DNA of 64,000 nt, taken from positions 6,386,001 to 6,450,000 of the forward strand of contig NC_135767.1 of assembly GCF_052425735.1 (NCBI RefSeq), in the 5' to 3' direction. Source of the stretch: Oculina patagonica (taxonomy: Eukaryota). The translations under genes and the position numbers were made by a program. The notes beneath the pieces were generated by a model. The model saw only the letters and a list, made by a program, of their open reading frames with translations. It was not told where the DNA came from and searched no databases. This document shows, one piece after another, positions 34,937-48,690 of the stretch; positions within the stretch are counted from its first letter, which is position 1, and the number at the start of each line of letters is the position of its first letter.

Positions 34937-37900
34937 AACAGACAGACACAGATATACAGACACGGGCTGACAAATAGACAGGGTGAAGGACAAACAAACA
35001 AACAAACAACTAACAAACAAAATACAGGTAGATAGACAGACTGAGAAACAGGCAAAGTAATATATATAAAGCTTTTCCGAAGCGTGTACGAGAAGTAAAT
35101 TCGTATAGAAAAAAAACTACCTAGAATTTACATTTTACACAATGAAGAGATTACAAAATGGTTGAAAACTGTAACACTATCTATCGTATGACATGACTGC
35201 CTTACAATCATTACCGTAAGCAAAACGCGAGAAAAGTTTGAAACTTACTGAAACACATGACTTACCAATACAACTCGAGTACTTCTGCATCACAGCTGCC
35301 ATATTCTCAGGATCAAAGGAGCAGTCCGCTTTCAACTTCTCACTTGCATTAAGCTTCTCCTGCCGGTCATACAAAGGTACTAAGCACTGTGCACTTGGGC
35401 ACGATGGGTCGCTACTGGCTCGTGCGGGCTCTGGAGAATCATCCTTTTTACAAAACTTTACAGCTTCGTCATAAGATGTCCTGATATCATTACAATCGTC
35501 GCGTGAAATTAATTTAAAATTTGCCCTGTTTTCAGTTTTTCCCCACCGGTCGCTGTCTGTCACGCGAATTTTTAAATCAAATTCGTCGCCATCCTTAAAC
35601 ACAAAGTCTTGCGTTACTTTTAATTGCCCACTCTTACGATGAATGCAGAAATAATTCAGTGGCTCGTATTTGCCGGCCTCTTCGCACACGTCAGCAATGT
35701 CACGCCGTCGTCGCTTTAGGCTGCCGCGTGACTGCTGTCCTGGTGTGACGACATTGTCAATGTAAAATATAAACGGTTGAACAAGGGAAGCCAGTTTCCC
35801 TGTAACGGTAACATTTGTGACAACAGTTCCTGGCTTGATATCATACGTCAGGTAAGCCGTCAGGTCACGAAGCTGCAGAGGATTTGTGTCTGTAAAAAGA
35901 GAATTATATGATTAATGATACTTATATTCGAATATACGGGTTTTAAAAGATTTTTTAAGTAATACTTATTCAAATTATATTATTCTATCTTTTATATTTT
36001 GTTATAGATTAATCGATTGTAAGTACGTTTGAATTTATGTGTACAAATTGTTAGCAAAATTTTATTTTTCTGTTTTGTTATTTCGTTGACTTGTTCTTAC
36101 TTTGTGGGCTTCCTGTAAAGTAGCTTTTTGCTAAGTGCAGTTCCACGTTAAATAAAGTATCTCTTATCTCAGTGTAGTTATATAATAAAACCCTCCACTA
36201 TTATTTCCGCTTATAACAAAAAAATGTTTTCCTATAATTATAGTACTCGGAATTATAATGAAAATACCAAAAACCCCTTCAGCCATCTCACCTAAATGCT
36301 GATGAAAAGGATCGAGAGCACTGCAGCAGTTAGTTGGCGCATAAACTACAACATTGCACCGCAGTCCTTTTTGCTTTTCTGTTTAGAAACAAGTGCGTTT
36401 CCAAAGAGGATCATTTTGTAATTCTTGGTACGTACTATATCTTACACATGTTTGTTATTGCTGTTTTTGTTGTTTTTAATGTTTGAACACGGTACCTGAG
36501 CAGTTGGAATTTCTTGTCATCCCTGTTTTGCCGAATGTCTGTTTCTTTGCTGGACATTTCTTACATTTCTTTTGACCTTGCTCGTCCTGGTATGTGTCCA
36601 AAGGACAACGCGCACAAACACTACTGGGAACGAAATGAAAACCAGGCACACAACCTGCAAAAAGGCAAAAAAAGTAGAGCTTTCCTGAAACCATTAAAAG
36701 CAAATTTACATTAGCTGCAATTCCCTTAACTGCAAACAGAAGGTAAGGTTAAAAGTTAGCTTTAAGTATCTTCGTTTCCAGGGTCTCTCGAACGAGAGGG
36801 GGCGGGAAAAAGAGACCCTGGAAACGAGGTTGAGTTTCAAGCCAGCGAGAGCTGGAGACCTTATGGAAAGACTAGAGTTCCATTCCTGCTACTCCTCCTA
36901 GCCGAAAGGGGTGCTACCATATTGTATTGCAAGCTACCTAATAACTTGCCGGTGGCACAGAAGGGTAGAGAGACATAATGAGAGCAGTGCAATGGCATTA
37001 AGAAGATCAGTGTCGTCTTTGAATACTATATTGTGACATAAGTCTTCGTAGTTTGTAGAAGTAGTACTTTACTTTACTTACTAGTAAGAAAAACACTTTT
37101 GAATCTTTATTTCACAAGAACGTATACTGTAAGTAATTCGTTGAAAGACTTTGTTCTGCCCTAAGTAAGTTCGAGTTCGTCTAAAAGCCTTGCTTTCGAG
37201 GCTCGTTAACATTCCTATCAGAACTTAAACGATATAAAAATTAAAATGGTCGATTTATAATGAAAATATAAATAAATTGATTAACATCTTACCGCATTTA
37301 GTGCTGGACGCCTTAATTGATCCCGCGGCACAGCAAGGCGGCGGTATATCCCCACCGCAACAGGATCGTTTGTCGGATATAGTGGATAAATTGTATTTTG
37401 TGTAAGTGACACCACCTTCAGTTATTTTTGGAGTGTTGTTGTCTATAAATCCCTTGTGATTAGATTTCGCTGTGTTTATACAACTTATAAGCTTCGAGGA
37501 GACTTGATCTTCCGGTATATTCTTTGATGCTGTAAATACAATTGGCAGTCGGAAGAAAATGTTGGTCGCCCCCGGTGGGGAGGCAGTTATATCTTCACTA
37601 GTAGTGGTCACTCCACTACATTCGGGAACAAGTGCAAAAATGCTAGATACGTTCCTAAAAAAGTCGGAAAACTCCGACTTGGACTTATTAATTGTGTTAC
37701 TTGTCAGGCCACCAGGGATCTGATAGTGAAATGTGAAGTCGACTTCGTAACATCTTTTAATATCGTAGTTTGCAATCAATGAGGCATCTGAAAAAAAATG
37801 AAACACTGTATTAAGCCATTGCTTAAATTTCCTGAGCACTACACGAAAAATGCCGGACTGAGATAAAACAAATCGGATCGAAACCTAAAATTTTTATTAA

Positions 37901-40900
37901 CAATTGCTATATTAGAGCACTGAAACTATTACAAGCGTCTTTGGCTGCGGATGGCCAGGATGGAAATAGATTGCAACTTGAAAAGTTAAGGCTAAACTTT
38001 TCAAGTTGTTTTCGCGCGTCTTCAATAAAAACTCGATATTTATATCCGTAGTTTGATTTCTATCCGCTATCCTTTTTTCATGGCTTAAGTTGTCTTACAG
38101 TAATTTCAGAACAGTTTAGACCAAAAATCTGCAAAATTCTTCGTGACGTTACTCCTTTAATGTTACTGTGGCTGGCACCCTCATGAAAGGGTATATTATC
38201 AAAGCTGTAAACTGTGTTGTTTACCATGTCAACAATTGCAATAACAGTCGAATAGTTGTAAAGCATTATGAATGAGTGTAGTTGTTGTTTAATTGCTACT
38301 AAACTTCACTCTTTAGCCGGGAGGTACCACTTCTTTCTTGTAGCTCACACGGAAAAGTTTTTTAGAGAGATTAGCGACAGGGAGGTTTACAGGAAAATTT
38401 TTATCAAAGCTGACTCACAGATGCACATATGAGAAAACGAAATACAGCTATCCTAACGAGCGTGACGTCACCGATACATCACTTACTAAAAAAAGCGTAC
38501 ACATCTTGTGCCCAGGTTCCACCTGTTCCGTTTACACATCTCGTCGAGCTCCCGTACTTTTTGTACGTCATGTGAGCCTGCGGTCCTGACCAGCACTCTC
38601 CAGCGTTCTGCACTCCAAAAACGGAGTACCCACCCTTCTCTGCGGCCAGAGCGCACTTCTGAACAGCTTGGCTATCATGTCGCCAGTTACCAAGCTGTAT
38701 AGGCATGGTTCGATTATAGGATTCATTAAAACATCCAATATGGTAAAAACTGTTTGGTGTGATACTTGCAGAACAGTTGGACTTGCTTGTCATCCCTGTC
38801 TTTCCGAATGTACCTGTATTAACTGGACAATTCTCACAAGACGTCTGACCTTGCTTATTCTGATAAGTATCGGAAGGACATCGGACACAAGAACTGCTGG
38901 GAACGAAATGGAATCCAGTCACGCAACCTACACACAAAAAAACAAAACCATTCTTAGAAATAAAAGTTTTTGGAACTTTTCCTGAATGTTCCCTACCAAG
39001 CCCTTATTCCGGAAAAATGACAAAAAAAGATTGTTCACCGTGCTTGCAAAAGAAATATGATTGGCTAATTTTACGCCATTTATACTTCTACTGGTACTAA
39101 TCACGCGCGTTTTTCCATCCAGCCTCGTTATATTTTGCGGTAGCTGGAAGCAAAGTTTGGTAAAGTATATTTAGAAATTCTCCAGCATATGAAACAGTGT
39201 AACATATAATTTATGGAAAAATCGCACAATTTAAAACAACATTGACTCAAAACTTTCCTTGAGTCTCTGTTTTCAATGTCGAGATTTGCGTCCTCGAGTA
39301 CCAGTTTTGTCAACGCTTTTTGCTACAACTTTTTTTTTCTTAGAACCTTTTTTCAAAACTCGTTACTTAAAGAGGATAATTTGAAAACCAAAATTATGCA
39401 GTAAAAAATATAGGTCATCGTGCTTGCTTACGAAAAAACGACGATTTATCTGTAGGGCGTATAGAAAAAGCCACCATTATGTTTATGTGCGCGTTAATTA
39501 CGCGCAAAAGGTTGCACAGTGAGGATTCGCAATGCAATACTAAGGAATCTCCTTAGGAGTTGAAGTGATTTGTAAACACTAAAGTCAATTCTAATGCAGA
39601 AATGATTGTGCAAGATATCAGTCTTGAAAGCATTTGAATAATTTCGTGCAACTTGTGGAAAGCCCTACCATAACCTGTCTTGTAGTATTACAATTCCCTA
39701 TATCACATTCTGTAACGAGTATAGTTAAATTCGGATTAAGTTCCCATGGTCCCTTAAGTTTTTTTTTCAAACGTTTTTAAGCGCATATTAACCAATTAAG
39801 CCCCATGAGTGCCAACAATAAATTTCTCCTCACAATATCAGTACATAAACAAGAGAACAGGTTGTGAGAATTGACAAATGATCACTAATAAAGGAAAAAG
39901 TACTTTGATTGTTTAACACATTCTCCAGCTAATACTTAAGACAAAATGTATGAAAATAAGTAGAGAGAATTTGTGTTTTGACATTGGGGCCTAAAGGGTT
40001 AAAACACCTCTTCTTACCGCATTTAGTGCTGGAGACATTGACTGAGCCCACGTTACAGCAAGGCGGCGGTATATCCCCACCGCAGCAGGACCTCTTGTGG
40101 GATATTGTGGATAAATTGTATTTTGTGTAAGTGACATCCCCCTCAGTTATTGTAGGAATGCGGCTGTCTATAAATCCCTTGTAGCTAGATTTCACCGTGT
40201 TTATGCAGTTTGTGAGCTTTGAGGAGACTTGATCATCAGGCACATTACTTGATGCTGTAAATATCACTGGTACTTTGAAGAAAACACTGTTCACCCCTGG
40301 CGGAGAGGATGTTATTTCTTTCCTGGTAGTGTTTACTCCAAGGCATTGCTGAACAGTTGTAAGAAGGTTGGTCATGGTCTGAAATAAGCTGGAAAACTTA
40401 GTTGTGGTATTTGCAATTGTGCTGTTTGTTAAACCGCCTTGGATTTGATAGTGAAATGTGAAGTCGACTTCGTAACATCTTTTGATGTCGTAGTTTCCAA
40501 TAAACGAAGCATCTGAAAATACACATTAAACACTATTACTATGATTTCAAAGCAATTATTAAAGCACCCTTAAGTATCAGTTATCAGCTATTAATATACA
40601 ATCTTCGTTCACTGTCCAAAATCCACGCGCGCAATTGGTTAAAATAGATCACGTGATTTTGCTTTACCTGTCGTCAGCAAACTCAGACAGTGCAGTATTG
40701 ACAATAATGCACGAAAATCGTGCATTATTGAAGGTGTCTTCAGCTTCAAAGCTTGTAGAAGTGGAAGAAAAGTATATTCCTCAAATTATCAACGATCCAA
40801 TACCAAACAAAATCGAAGAGGATAACAACTTGAAGCGCTTTCATGTTCAAAGGTAAACTGCAGCTCAATAAATACATTTTTGTGTGCGATTGACTTGCTT

Positions 40901-43900
40901 GTAGTTGCTTGATTGTGAAAGCCATCGACTTGCATTGAACAAGCTTCTCGCTGACTGTATTTATGAACGACCACAGCTGATGAACGATTTTATGAACCAT
41001 TTTAAGTTTTATTTCTGTACGGCTAATTTGTGATTTTTATATTATTGATGTAATCCCGTGTAATTATGTACTACTACACTTCTTATTTTTAAACATTAAG
41101 TTTGTTGTTTGAAGTTCGTTAAGTCGATGATCGCTTGCAGTTCGATGCAGTGTACTCAGATTGTATATTAAAAGGGTTAGAGTCTGTTCGTTCGTGTTTT
41201 GTTGACAAATACACGCACTTGCTGGCCTCACAATGAACTCAAAATTTTCAATACTGCACTCGGCTACGCCTCGTGCAGTATTGAAAATTTCTCGTTCATT
41301 GTGCGGCCAGCGCGTGCGTGTATTTGTCAACAAAACACTCACAACAGTCTCTAACCCATAATTGCAACACAGTACATCATACTACAGTACATCATACTAT
41401 AGTCGAAACCCCCCCCCCCCCCCGTGAGAAAACATCCTTGGGACTAGAAAAGGGAACACTTCTAATGAAAGGTTATAAAACTGTAGTGTTTGTATGCGGC
41501 TTAGACCATGACTAAGTGTCCACTTAGGAGAGGTGTCTGCTTATGGGAGGTTAAAAATGTGGTGTTTGTATGTGTCCCCTTGGGAGAGGTGTCCATTAGC
41601 GGAGGTTTGGAAGTGATTTTAAAGGGACTGTGTCACGGCTAGGTTAATTTTATGTTGTTACATTTTGTCAAATATTCGCTATGAAACCTAATGTTTGTAA
41701 AATAAATAATTTATGATTCTACATGACAAAACCATAGCTTTATTGCAGCCAAATATGTCTCCCGGGCGTTATGAATTTAAAGTAAAAAGCAGACAAGATT
41801 ATCTTTTAAACCTGTTCCGCCGGACCATATTTCAAAAATCAATATCGTAATCCGTTTCAATCTTCGACACTTTTCGCCATCCGTACCTTCTTTTGCATTT
41901 GGTGTGTTATTTCAAATATTTCTTCACTGTTTTAAGTGGTTATGTTACACATTTAAACAAATTTGATGGTCATTTCCTATGCCTAAATTTGGCTAAAATC
42001 CGTGACACGGTCCTTTTAAAGTTACTTCGTTACACGTTTAACATAACAGCTGACACAAACTTGATTTAATACCTGCAGAACAATTGGACTTGCTTGTCAT
42101 CCCTGTCTTGCCGAATGTACCTGTATTAACTGGACAATTCTCACAAGACGTCTGGCCTTGCTTGTCCTGATAAGTATCGGAAGGACATCGGATACAAGAA
42201 CTGCTGGGAACAAAATGGAATCCAGGCATGCAACCTACACACAAAACAAAACAAAAAACATTTCTTAGAAATAAAAGTTGTTGAAACTGTCCCTGAATGT
42301 TCCCTGCCAAGCGCTGTTTCGAAAGATAGGTCACCGTGCTCGCAAAAGCAATATGATTGGCCATTGTTACGCCATTTATACTTGTACTGGTTCTAATCAC
42401 GCGCGGTATTCCATCGGGCCTCGTTGTATTTTGCGGGAGCTGGAAGCAAAGTTTGGTATAGTAAAGGTAAAAATTATAGGCCATATCATATAACAATGTC
42501 ACATATAATGTATGGAAAATCGCACAATTTAAAACGACATTGACTCAAAACTTTTCTTGAGTCGCTGTTTTCAATGTCGAAATTTGCTTCCTAGAGTACC
42601 AGTTTTGTAAACGCTTTTTGTTTCATCTTTTTTCTTTATAAGAACCTTTTTAAAAACTCGTAACTCAAAGAGGGTAATTTGGACACCAAAATTATGCAGT
42701 AAAAAATATAGGTCACCGTGATGGTTCACGATATAGAAAAAGCTGCCATTTTGTTTATGTGCACGTTAAGGAAGGAATCCTAAAGAGACTGTGTCGCGGC
42801 TGAGATAAATTTCTTTAGTTACGTTTTGCCAAATATTCGCTATTAAACTTAATGTTTGCAAAGAAATTACTTCTATGGATCTAAATAACAAAAGCATAGT
42901 TTTATTGCAACCAAATTTGACTCCCGGGCGTTATGAATTAAAGTTACAAGCAAACGAGATTAACTTTGGAACTGTTCAACCCAACAATATTTTAAACACC
43001 CAAAGTTTGAAATGTTCCGTCACCGTTTTAAAGGGTTATTCTTTATATTTTACCGAATTTGATTGTCATTTCCCATGCCTAAATTTGGTTAAAATCCGTG
43101 TCACAGTCCCTTTAAATGTTGAAGTGTTTTGTAAACAACTGCAGAAATGATTGTTCAAGATATCATTCTCTTCTCTTGGATCAAGTTCCCATTCACTATG
43201 ACGCGCGCACTTTTTTTAGTTCCATTTCAGCCATTGAAGAAGAGGCAACAGCCTCGAAACATATCATCTTTTATGTTTTTTTTTTTTCAATGTTTTTAAG
43301 TGCATATTTAAATACAACTCTTCTTACCGCATTTAGTGCTGGAGACATTGGCTGAGCCCACGTTACAGCAAGGCGGTGGTATATCCCCACCGCAGCAGGA
43401 TCTCTTGTCGGATATAGTGGATAAATTGTATTTTGTGTAAGTGATACCACCTTCAGTTATGCCAGGAGTGATGTTGTCTATAATTCCCTTGTGATTAGTT
43501 TTTGCTGTGTTTATACAGTTTGTGAGCGTTGAGGAGACTTGATTATCAGGCAAACTACTCGACGCTGTAAATATCACTGGTACTTTGAAGAAGACACTGG
43601 TCGCCCCTGGCGGAGTGGATGTTATTTCTTTCCTGGTGGTATTTACTCCAATGCATTGGGGAACAACTGTAAGAAGATTGGTCATGGTCTGAAATAGGCT
43701 GGAAAACTCAGATGTGGTATTTGCAATGGTGCTGTTTGTAAGGCCGCCAGGGATCTGATAGTGAAATGTGAAGTCGACTTCGTAACATCGTTTGATATCG
43801 TAGTTTCCAATCAACGAAGCATCTGAAAAGAAACATGAAACAGTTCTATGCAATTTTTTTTCAAGATTCTTTCTTACACTACTGGAGAGGTAGTTAATCA

Positions 43901-46847
43901 AATAAGCCCAAAACGAGGTAGTCAATATTGGCATCGATGAAAAAGATTGATAGAAAATAGCGGGTTGCTGTGAAAACCGTAGGCACCGTCTCCTGCATCT
44001 TCAGTGTTATGGTCAGCAGGGGACGTTAAAGAACAAACACACTTATCGTAAAGAGTAGCGCATGTAGTTACCGCCGGTGTTGTGGTCTGGTCTTTGCCCA
44101 TTGCACTGTGCGTACTGTTGAAATACTCGGAAATATTACCTATATAAGCTACTCTTCAAATCAGAGGGTAAATAATAAATGTGATGTAAAAGTGAATTGG
44201 GAATCTTGTCGGGTTAAAGAAGCTATGTCACGAGGATTTCGCAGAGTTTTGGTCTAAATGTTCTGAAATTAGTGGTAGGCAACTTAACCCACGAAAAACA
44301 TTACCTTTGAACATCTAAAGGAAGATACTAAAACCTTAATTTGTGGATAGAAATCAAACTACGGCTATAAATATCGATTTTGTGAAGACGCGCGGAAACA
44401 ACTTCAAAAGTTTAGCCTCAATGTTTCAAGTTGCAATCTATTTCCATCCCAGCCATTCCAAGCCAAAGAAGCTTAGTAACCGTTTCAGTGTTAAAATATA
44501 GCAGTTGGTAATAAAAATGGACCATTATTTTTTAGGTTGTTTACTACACAAATATAAATTTTATCTGTTCAAAAATCTGTAAAAAATCCTTGACGAAGCC
44601 CCTTTAAGCTTACATTTCAAGTTCGACATTGTTAACCCGTGACAATTTTCCATTGTCTAAACCATTACTAAGCTACGCGAACTCCTTATTCCTTTTCCAC
44701 TGGACCTTATTTACTGATTTGTGAACAATCTAACATCCGACACGAAACAATGAAACTGAGCTATTTTGGTGATAAAAGTTGACGGGGTTCAACTTGTGAA
44801 GATTTTGCAGAGAAACAATACATTTCCGTTGTTGCCAACGAGACAGCCGAGCCAAGAGGCGAGGCTGTCGAGGCGGCAGAATCATAGAGCCGTGTGCGTA
44901 TGAGTATATAGGCAGAGAAAATCTTAAGTTCTGCGTAAGGGACTTTTTTTTTACCATATTTGGGTGTAAGTAAACCCCATATTTGGGTTGTATTGTTCTT
45001 CCCAACTGGTTCCCAGTCTCTCACTCCTTGCTAGAGAGCAAATGACCAAAATGGCGTCCACGCGGCTCGCTGTTCAAATTTTCAATGTGGTCATTCATCC
45101 CTTTACCGATAAATACACCTTTGGGAAATTATAAATCGAAAGAGAATACCCTACAGAATATTCGACCGCCGAAAAAATGAACATCAAGGTCTTCAAAGCG
45201 ATGAAATAATCTTTCGACTTTGGAGTCTTTTGATTTACGATCGAAGAGAGACATGAAAATCAAAAGCGGACTGTTGACTTCAAATAGAGTTTTCTTGACT
45301 TATGAGAATGCTGAAGTCGGGTAAATGCTTCCTTTTAATTAGTGTTGATTGTGTTTATAGTAATTGTTTGACCGATGATTTATTTCAAATCAAATACCGT
45401 TTATATTTTATTTGGCACGCATTTTCGCTCCGCGTAGGAATAACATCAATACAAAGCGACGCTCACTAAAATTACTGCATGTCATACACACAAGAAAGTC
45501 AAAAGTTTTTTGCTTCTAACGGCAAATGTAATGTTAACTTAAATAAAATTTTTGTCTCCAAATAATCCTTGACCGTTCAAGTTTTGTTTTCTGTTCAAAT
45601 TTTTCAAGTTTTGCGTAACTTGAACATGACACTTCGCATGCGAGACTGAAATCTGACCCGTGCATTACTGTCTCTGATTACTGAAAATTATTTTTAAAAA
45701 AGCATCTTAGCAGTTTTGATTTTGGGATTTGATTTATAAGAAGTTCTTGAAGTGCAACTATCCCTTTTGTGGACGGAAACATTTTAACCATCGCGTATTG
45801 TATTTAAAAAAACAGTGATTAAACCTCATTTATTGCCTACATTTTGTGACATTTTAACGTTGAAAAGAATTTAAAGATTTGTCAAGAGTTATCAATCTGT
45901 CAAACCCGTAGCCTGCGTAGCAGACATCTGTGTATCTTTTTTAGTGTGTTTAAAAGAGTGCGCGATCGCGAGAATACGCGCACTGGAAACTACGGCGCCT
46001 GCTACGCAGGCTATCAAGCCTGTGTCATTTATGAACACCAGAGAAATAGCACTTTTTTCGCATATTACCTAAAATACAACAGTTCTATCAAAAACGATTC
46101 AATATCTGTTCTTATGAACAAACATGAGTATTTCGCTCGTTGGCACTTACCGATAGGTACAACTAGTTAAATATATACTAGCCATGTGACCCGAAAACAA
46201 AGAGGCCTAGGAACAATTTGACCTTATTTTCTCGACTGCCGACAACTGATACCCTATTACTGATTTGTATTACAGTTCATTTTAGGACTTAAGTAAATAA
46301 CATTTCATTTCACTATCTGTTCTTTAAAAGACGAAATGAACAGAGTGATTATCGCAATATCGTTAGAAAAGGTTAATAAATTGTGTAAGACTAACGACAG
46401 ATTGGTGAGAGTTGCATTGAAGGTTTGTAGTTGAGCTGTTTGGCTTTACTTCCGCCCATAAGAATTTGGCTCCTGACCAATTTGCATAGTGAAGCGAAGT
46501 TGATCAGGCTTCGTCTCGTTGCTTTAATTGACTGCGTAAGAAAGGCTTTCTTTGGTCTATTGAAGTTTCACACAGTATTTTTATCCATGACAATCAATCC
46601 GTCGCGAATGTAATGTGAAAACAGTCGATTGTGTTGATTGTGTTCGATTTCCAAAGGTTCTAAGCGTGAAAACATGTCAGTTTCGCTGTGTTCCTTTCTC
46701 GAGCACTTAAATTCGATTTTAAAATCATTCTCCTATTTACGCGGGATAGTTACGTCTAGATCTTCGCTTACCTGTAAAGAATCGAGTTTGTATCAGGAAA
46801 AACACGACGAAAGTTGACGATAAAACCACTGTCCCTTTAGAATACAT
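33990..46847 (-). CDS. Secreted/cell-surface multidomain protein: signal peptide, 3x[unrecognised 165-aa domain + GCC2/GCC3 (ephrin-receptor-like) Cys repeat], WSC-like module, cadherin-like domain with furin site, Cys-rich segment, Ig domain; 3' end unresolved
   Basis: GT-AG exons joined by phase-1 introns: 46772-46847 (MYSKGTVVLSSTFVVFFLIQTRFFT), 43328-43822, 42073-42234, 40018-40512, 38487-38927, 37293-37787, 36496-36654, 36292-36378, 35266-35889, 34451-34702, 33990-34060. Total 3357 nt, open. Motifs CxxCPxDTYQDxQGQxxCxxCP, HIGCFNE..CA..A..G..VFGVQNAGECW, and LTC..ITWFKNG..LKI..DQGDYYC. Confidence 0.8.
34745..35055. repeat. Low-complexity (ACAG/AAAC)n tract
   Basis: Directly visible; source of spurious CLSV-repeat ORFs. 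Confidence 0.9.
36772..36832. mobile_element. Small hairpin MITE
   Basis: tcgtttccagggtctct ... agagaccctggaaacga. Confidence 0.65.
41623..42015. mobile_element. TTAA-flanked non-autonomous DNA transposon (Kolobok-like)
   Basis: TTAA|AGGGACTGTGTCACGG...CCGTGACACGGTCCTT|TTAA. Confidence 0.75.
42784..43111. mobile_element. TTAA-flanked non-autonomous DNA transposon (Kolobok-like)
   Basis: AGAGACTGTGTCGCGG...CCGTGTCACAGTCCCT|TTAA. Absent from the paralogous intron position near 39550. Confidence 0.72.
43965..44180 (+). mobile_element. SINE fragment with a Nin/Deu-type conserved core
   Basis: aaaaccgtaggcaccgtc...ggacgttaaagaacaaacacacttatcgtaaagagtag...ccggtgttgtggtc resembles the Nin/DeuSINE central domain (from memory). 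A-rich end aaataataaat. Confidence 0.6.
44218..44603. mobile_element. Second TTAA-flanked element family; related fragment at ~37870-38160
   Basis: ttaaagaagctatgtcacgaggattt ... aatccttgacgaagcccctttaa. Confidence 0.55.
45909..46013. mobile_element. Short MITE
   Basis: TAGCCTGCGTAGCAG...CTGCTACGCAGGCTA inverted ends. Confidence 0.75.
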
Positions 46848-48183
46848 CGTCTCTTCCGTGTTCATCAGTGGAGTAGTCGATTTTCGCTTGAGTAAACTGA
46901 AACTTGATAAAAAGCTGGAATGACCTCTGGGGGTACCCCCTATAAAAGTGACGGGTTTGTTCGTCGGGACGTTTGAAACGAGCCCCCGTGAGATAGGGGT
47001 AGATCGATGGGTAGAATGAAGGCCGCACAGAGGTCGCCAAGGGATTTAACCCATTTCAAGATACCCGGACTATTTTAAATATCTTTTTAATAAGGCATCG
47101 CAAGAGCTATAAATTGTAGACATTTGAGATAGTCCACTCTAAATGTTACAAAAACGACCTTTTATTACCCCTGATGGGGACAGAGCCAGGACCGTCATCC
47201 ACGCTAGTGCCATACGAGAAGTTCATCGCCCCCACCTCCCTTTCTTCTCCACCCCCTCTAGGGGAATAACCGCTTGATGTCAAGATTCTAGGTTTTAATA
47301 TGGAATTTCCGATTTTTTCGGGTCATTCTTTCTTCCATGCAGAAAGCCAATTCTGAACAATTTTCAAGCAACGTCATTCAGCAGAGAGTCACAGTACTAA
47401 ATACAGAGTTAAAATCGTGCAGCTTTCGTCTTTTATCGAGGAATAACTTCCTTGACTTCAATGGAAGTTTCTGTTTTTATAGTGATCTAAGGGATTTGGA
47501 CACCAAGCATTGCGTGACACGATTCAGTCAGTCTTAGCTTGTTCCTCTTGTCTCGCTTGAGATCTGGGTACTAGGGAGTTTTCTTGTGCGACTTCAAGTT
47601 CCGGTCATTTCTGGGCCGTGCATGTTACTATTTTGTTCGTTTACTAAGAGATGAGGTAGGAAAGTAGGCCAACTTTTAAGAGCTTAAAAGCTCGCTCTTC
47701 TTTTATTCAATTATGGACCTATGATGAAAACGAAAATCGCTCAAATGGCTGAGAATCTCTAGCAAGACATTAATGTAGCTTTTAATTTTAAAGGGAAAAA
47801 TATTTTTAAATTCAAATTCCAGGTCCATTTAAACTGTTACGCTTGGCTACCTGTGGTTTCTTAGGTAACTTTCAGTCAAAGATTGCTCTGACTGCGATCG
47901 TGGACAAAACTAACTGGTTATTCAAACCGGTTTCCTTGGAGCACTCTGTACGCATGTCTGTTCGAATAATTGACTGATTGGTAAGTGAGCCCGCAGTGAT
48001 AATCTTACCGCATACAGCTTCTGAGTGGTTTCATATGACATCACGTGCGAAAGTTGTTTGGTCGCTAAGTAACGCTATCGCATGCTAATTAAGTCAGAAC
48101 AGAGCCTCCTTTCTTCCGTCCAATTGCAAAATGACGCAAAATATACTCTGCCAGCAAGGAAATCTATGAAAACATGCAATTGT

Positions 48184-48690
48184 TTAAAGTTTCGTTTCCT
48201 CTTAACCGTTCCGAGCAGGGTCTTTCTCATTAGTCAATTCAGCAACAGTTAGTTTGTTGTCCAATGTGTTTAAGTTCAGTTTTGACAAAATTGGAAACGA
48301 CCTGGATCTCGGAAAATTCTTCTCTGCTGCATTTTGATGGCATCTTGCAAGTGCGACGAAGGAGTTTTCATTAAGCGACGTTGATCGCACAATTTTACGA
48401 GTGCTATTAAGTCGAGATCTCGGTTTATTCTCCATGGTATCTTTAGGTAGTTCACTAGAATTATGCTGACTTCGCTTTTGTCTTGGGATATTTTTAATCT
48501 GGACTGTTACGACTAGTTTGTTGCGTTGTTGTGTGAAGACCTTTTCATCTTCGATAGAGCTGATCTGGGCCTATCCTTCACTGTCTCATTCGACAGCACC
48601 GCAAGATTCAGATCTTTCAAAACGGGGCTGTGTTCGCCCGATTTGAAGCTCTTCAAACTCCAGCGATGCCACAGGTAAAACGTCATCTTG
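48184..48690 (-). pseudogene. C-terminal-tail remnant of a fourth long-tailed GPCR
   Basis: Matches the tails of the 53298-62440 genes (VASLEFEELQIGRTQPRF..SESCGA; NKLVVTVQI; KIVRSTSLNEN; NTLDNKLTVAELTNEK). It has internal deletions and a premature TAA before EETKL*. The 7TM part was not found. Confidence 0.88.

Noticed and set aside
34740-35055. Cys/Leu/Val-rich ORFs
   Set aside because: Microsatellite translation within an intron.
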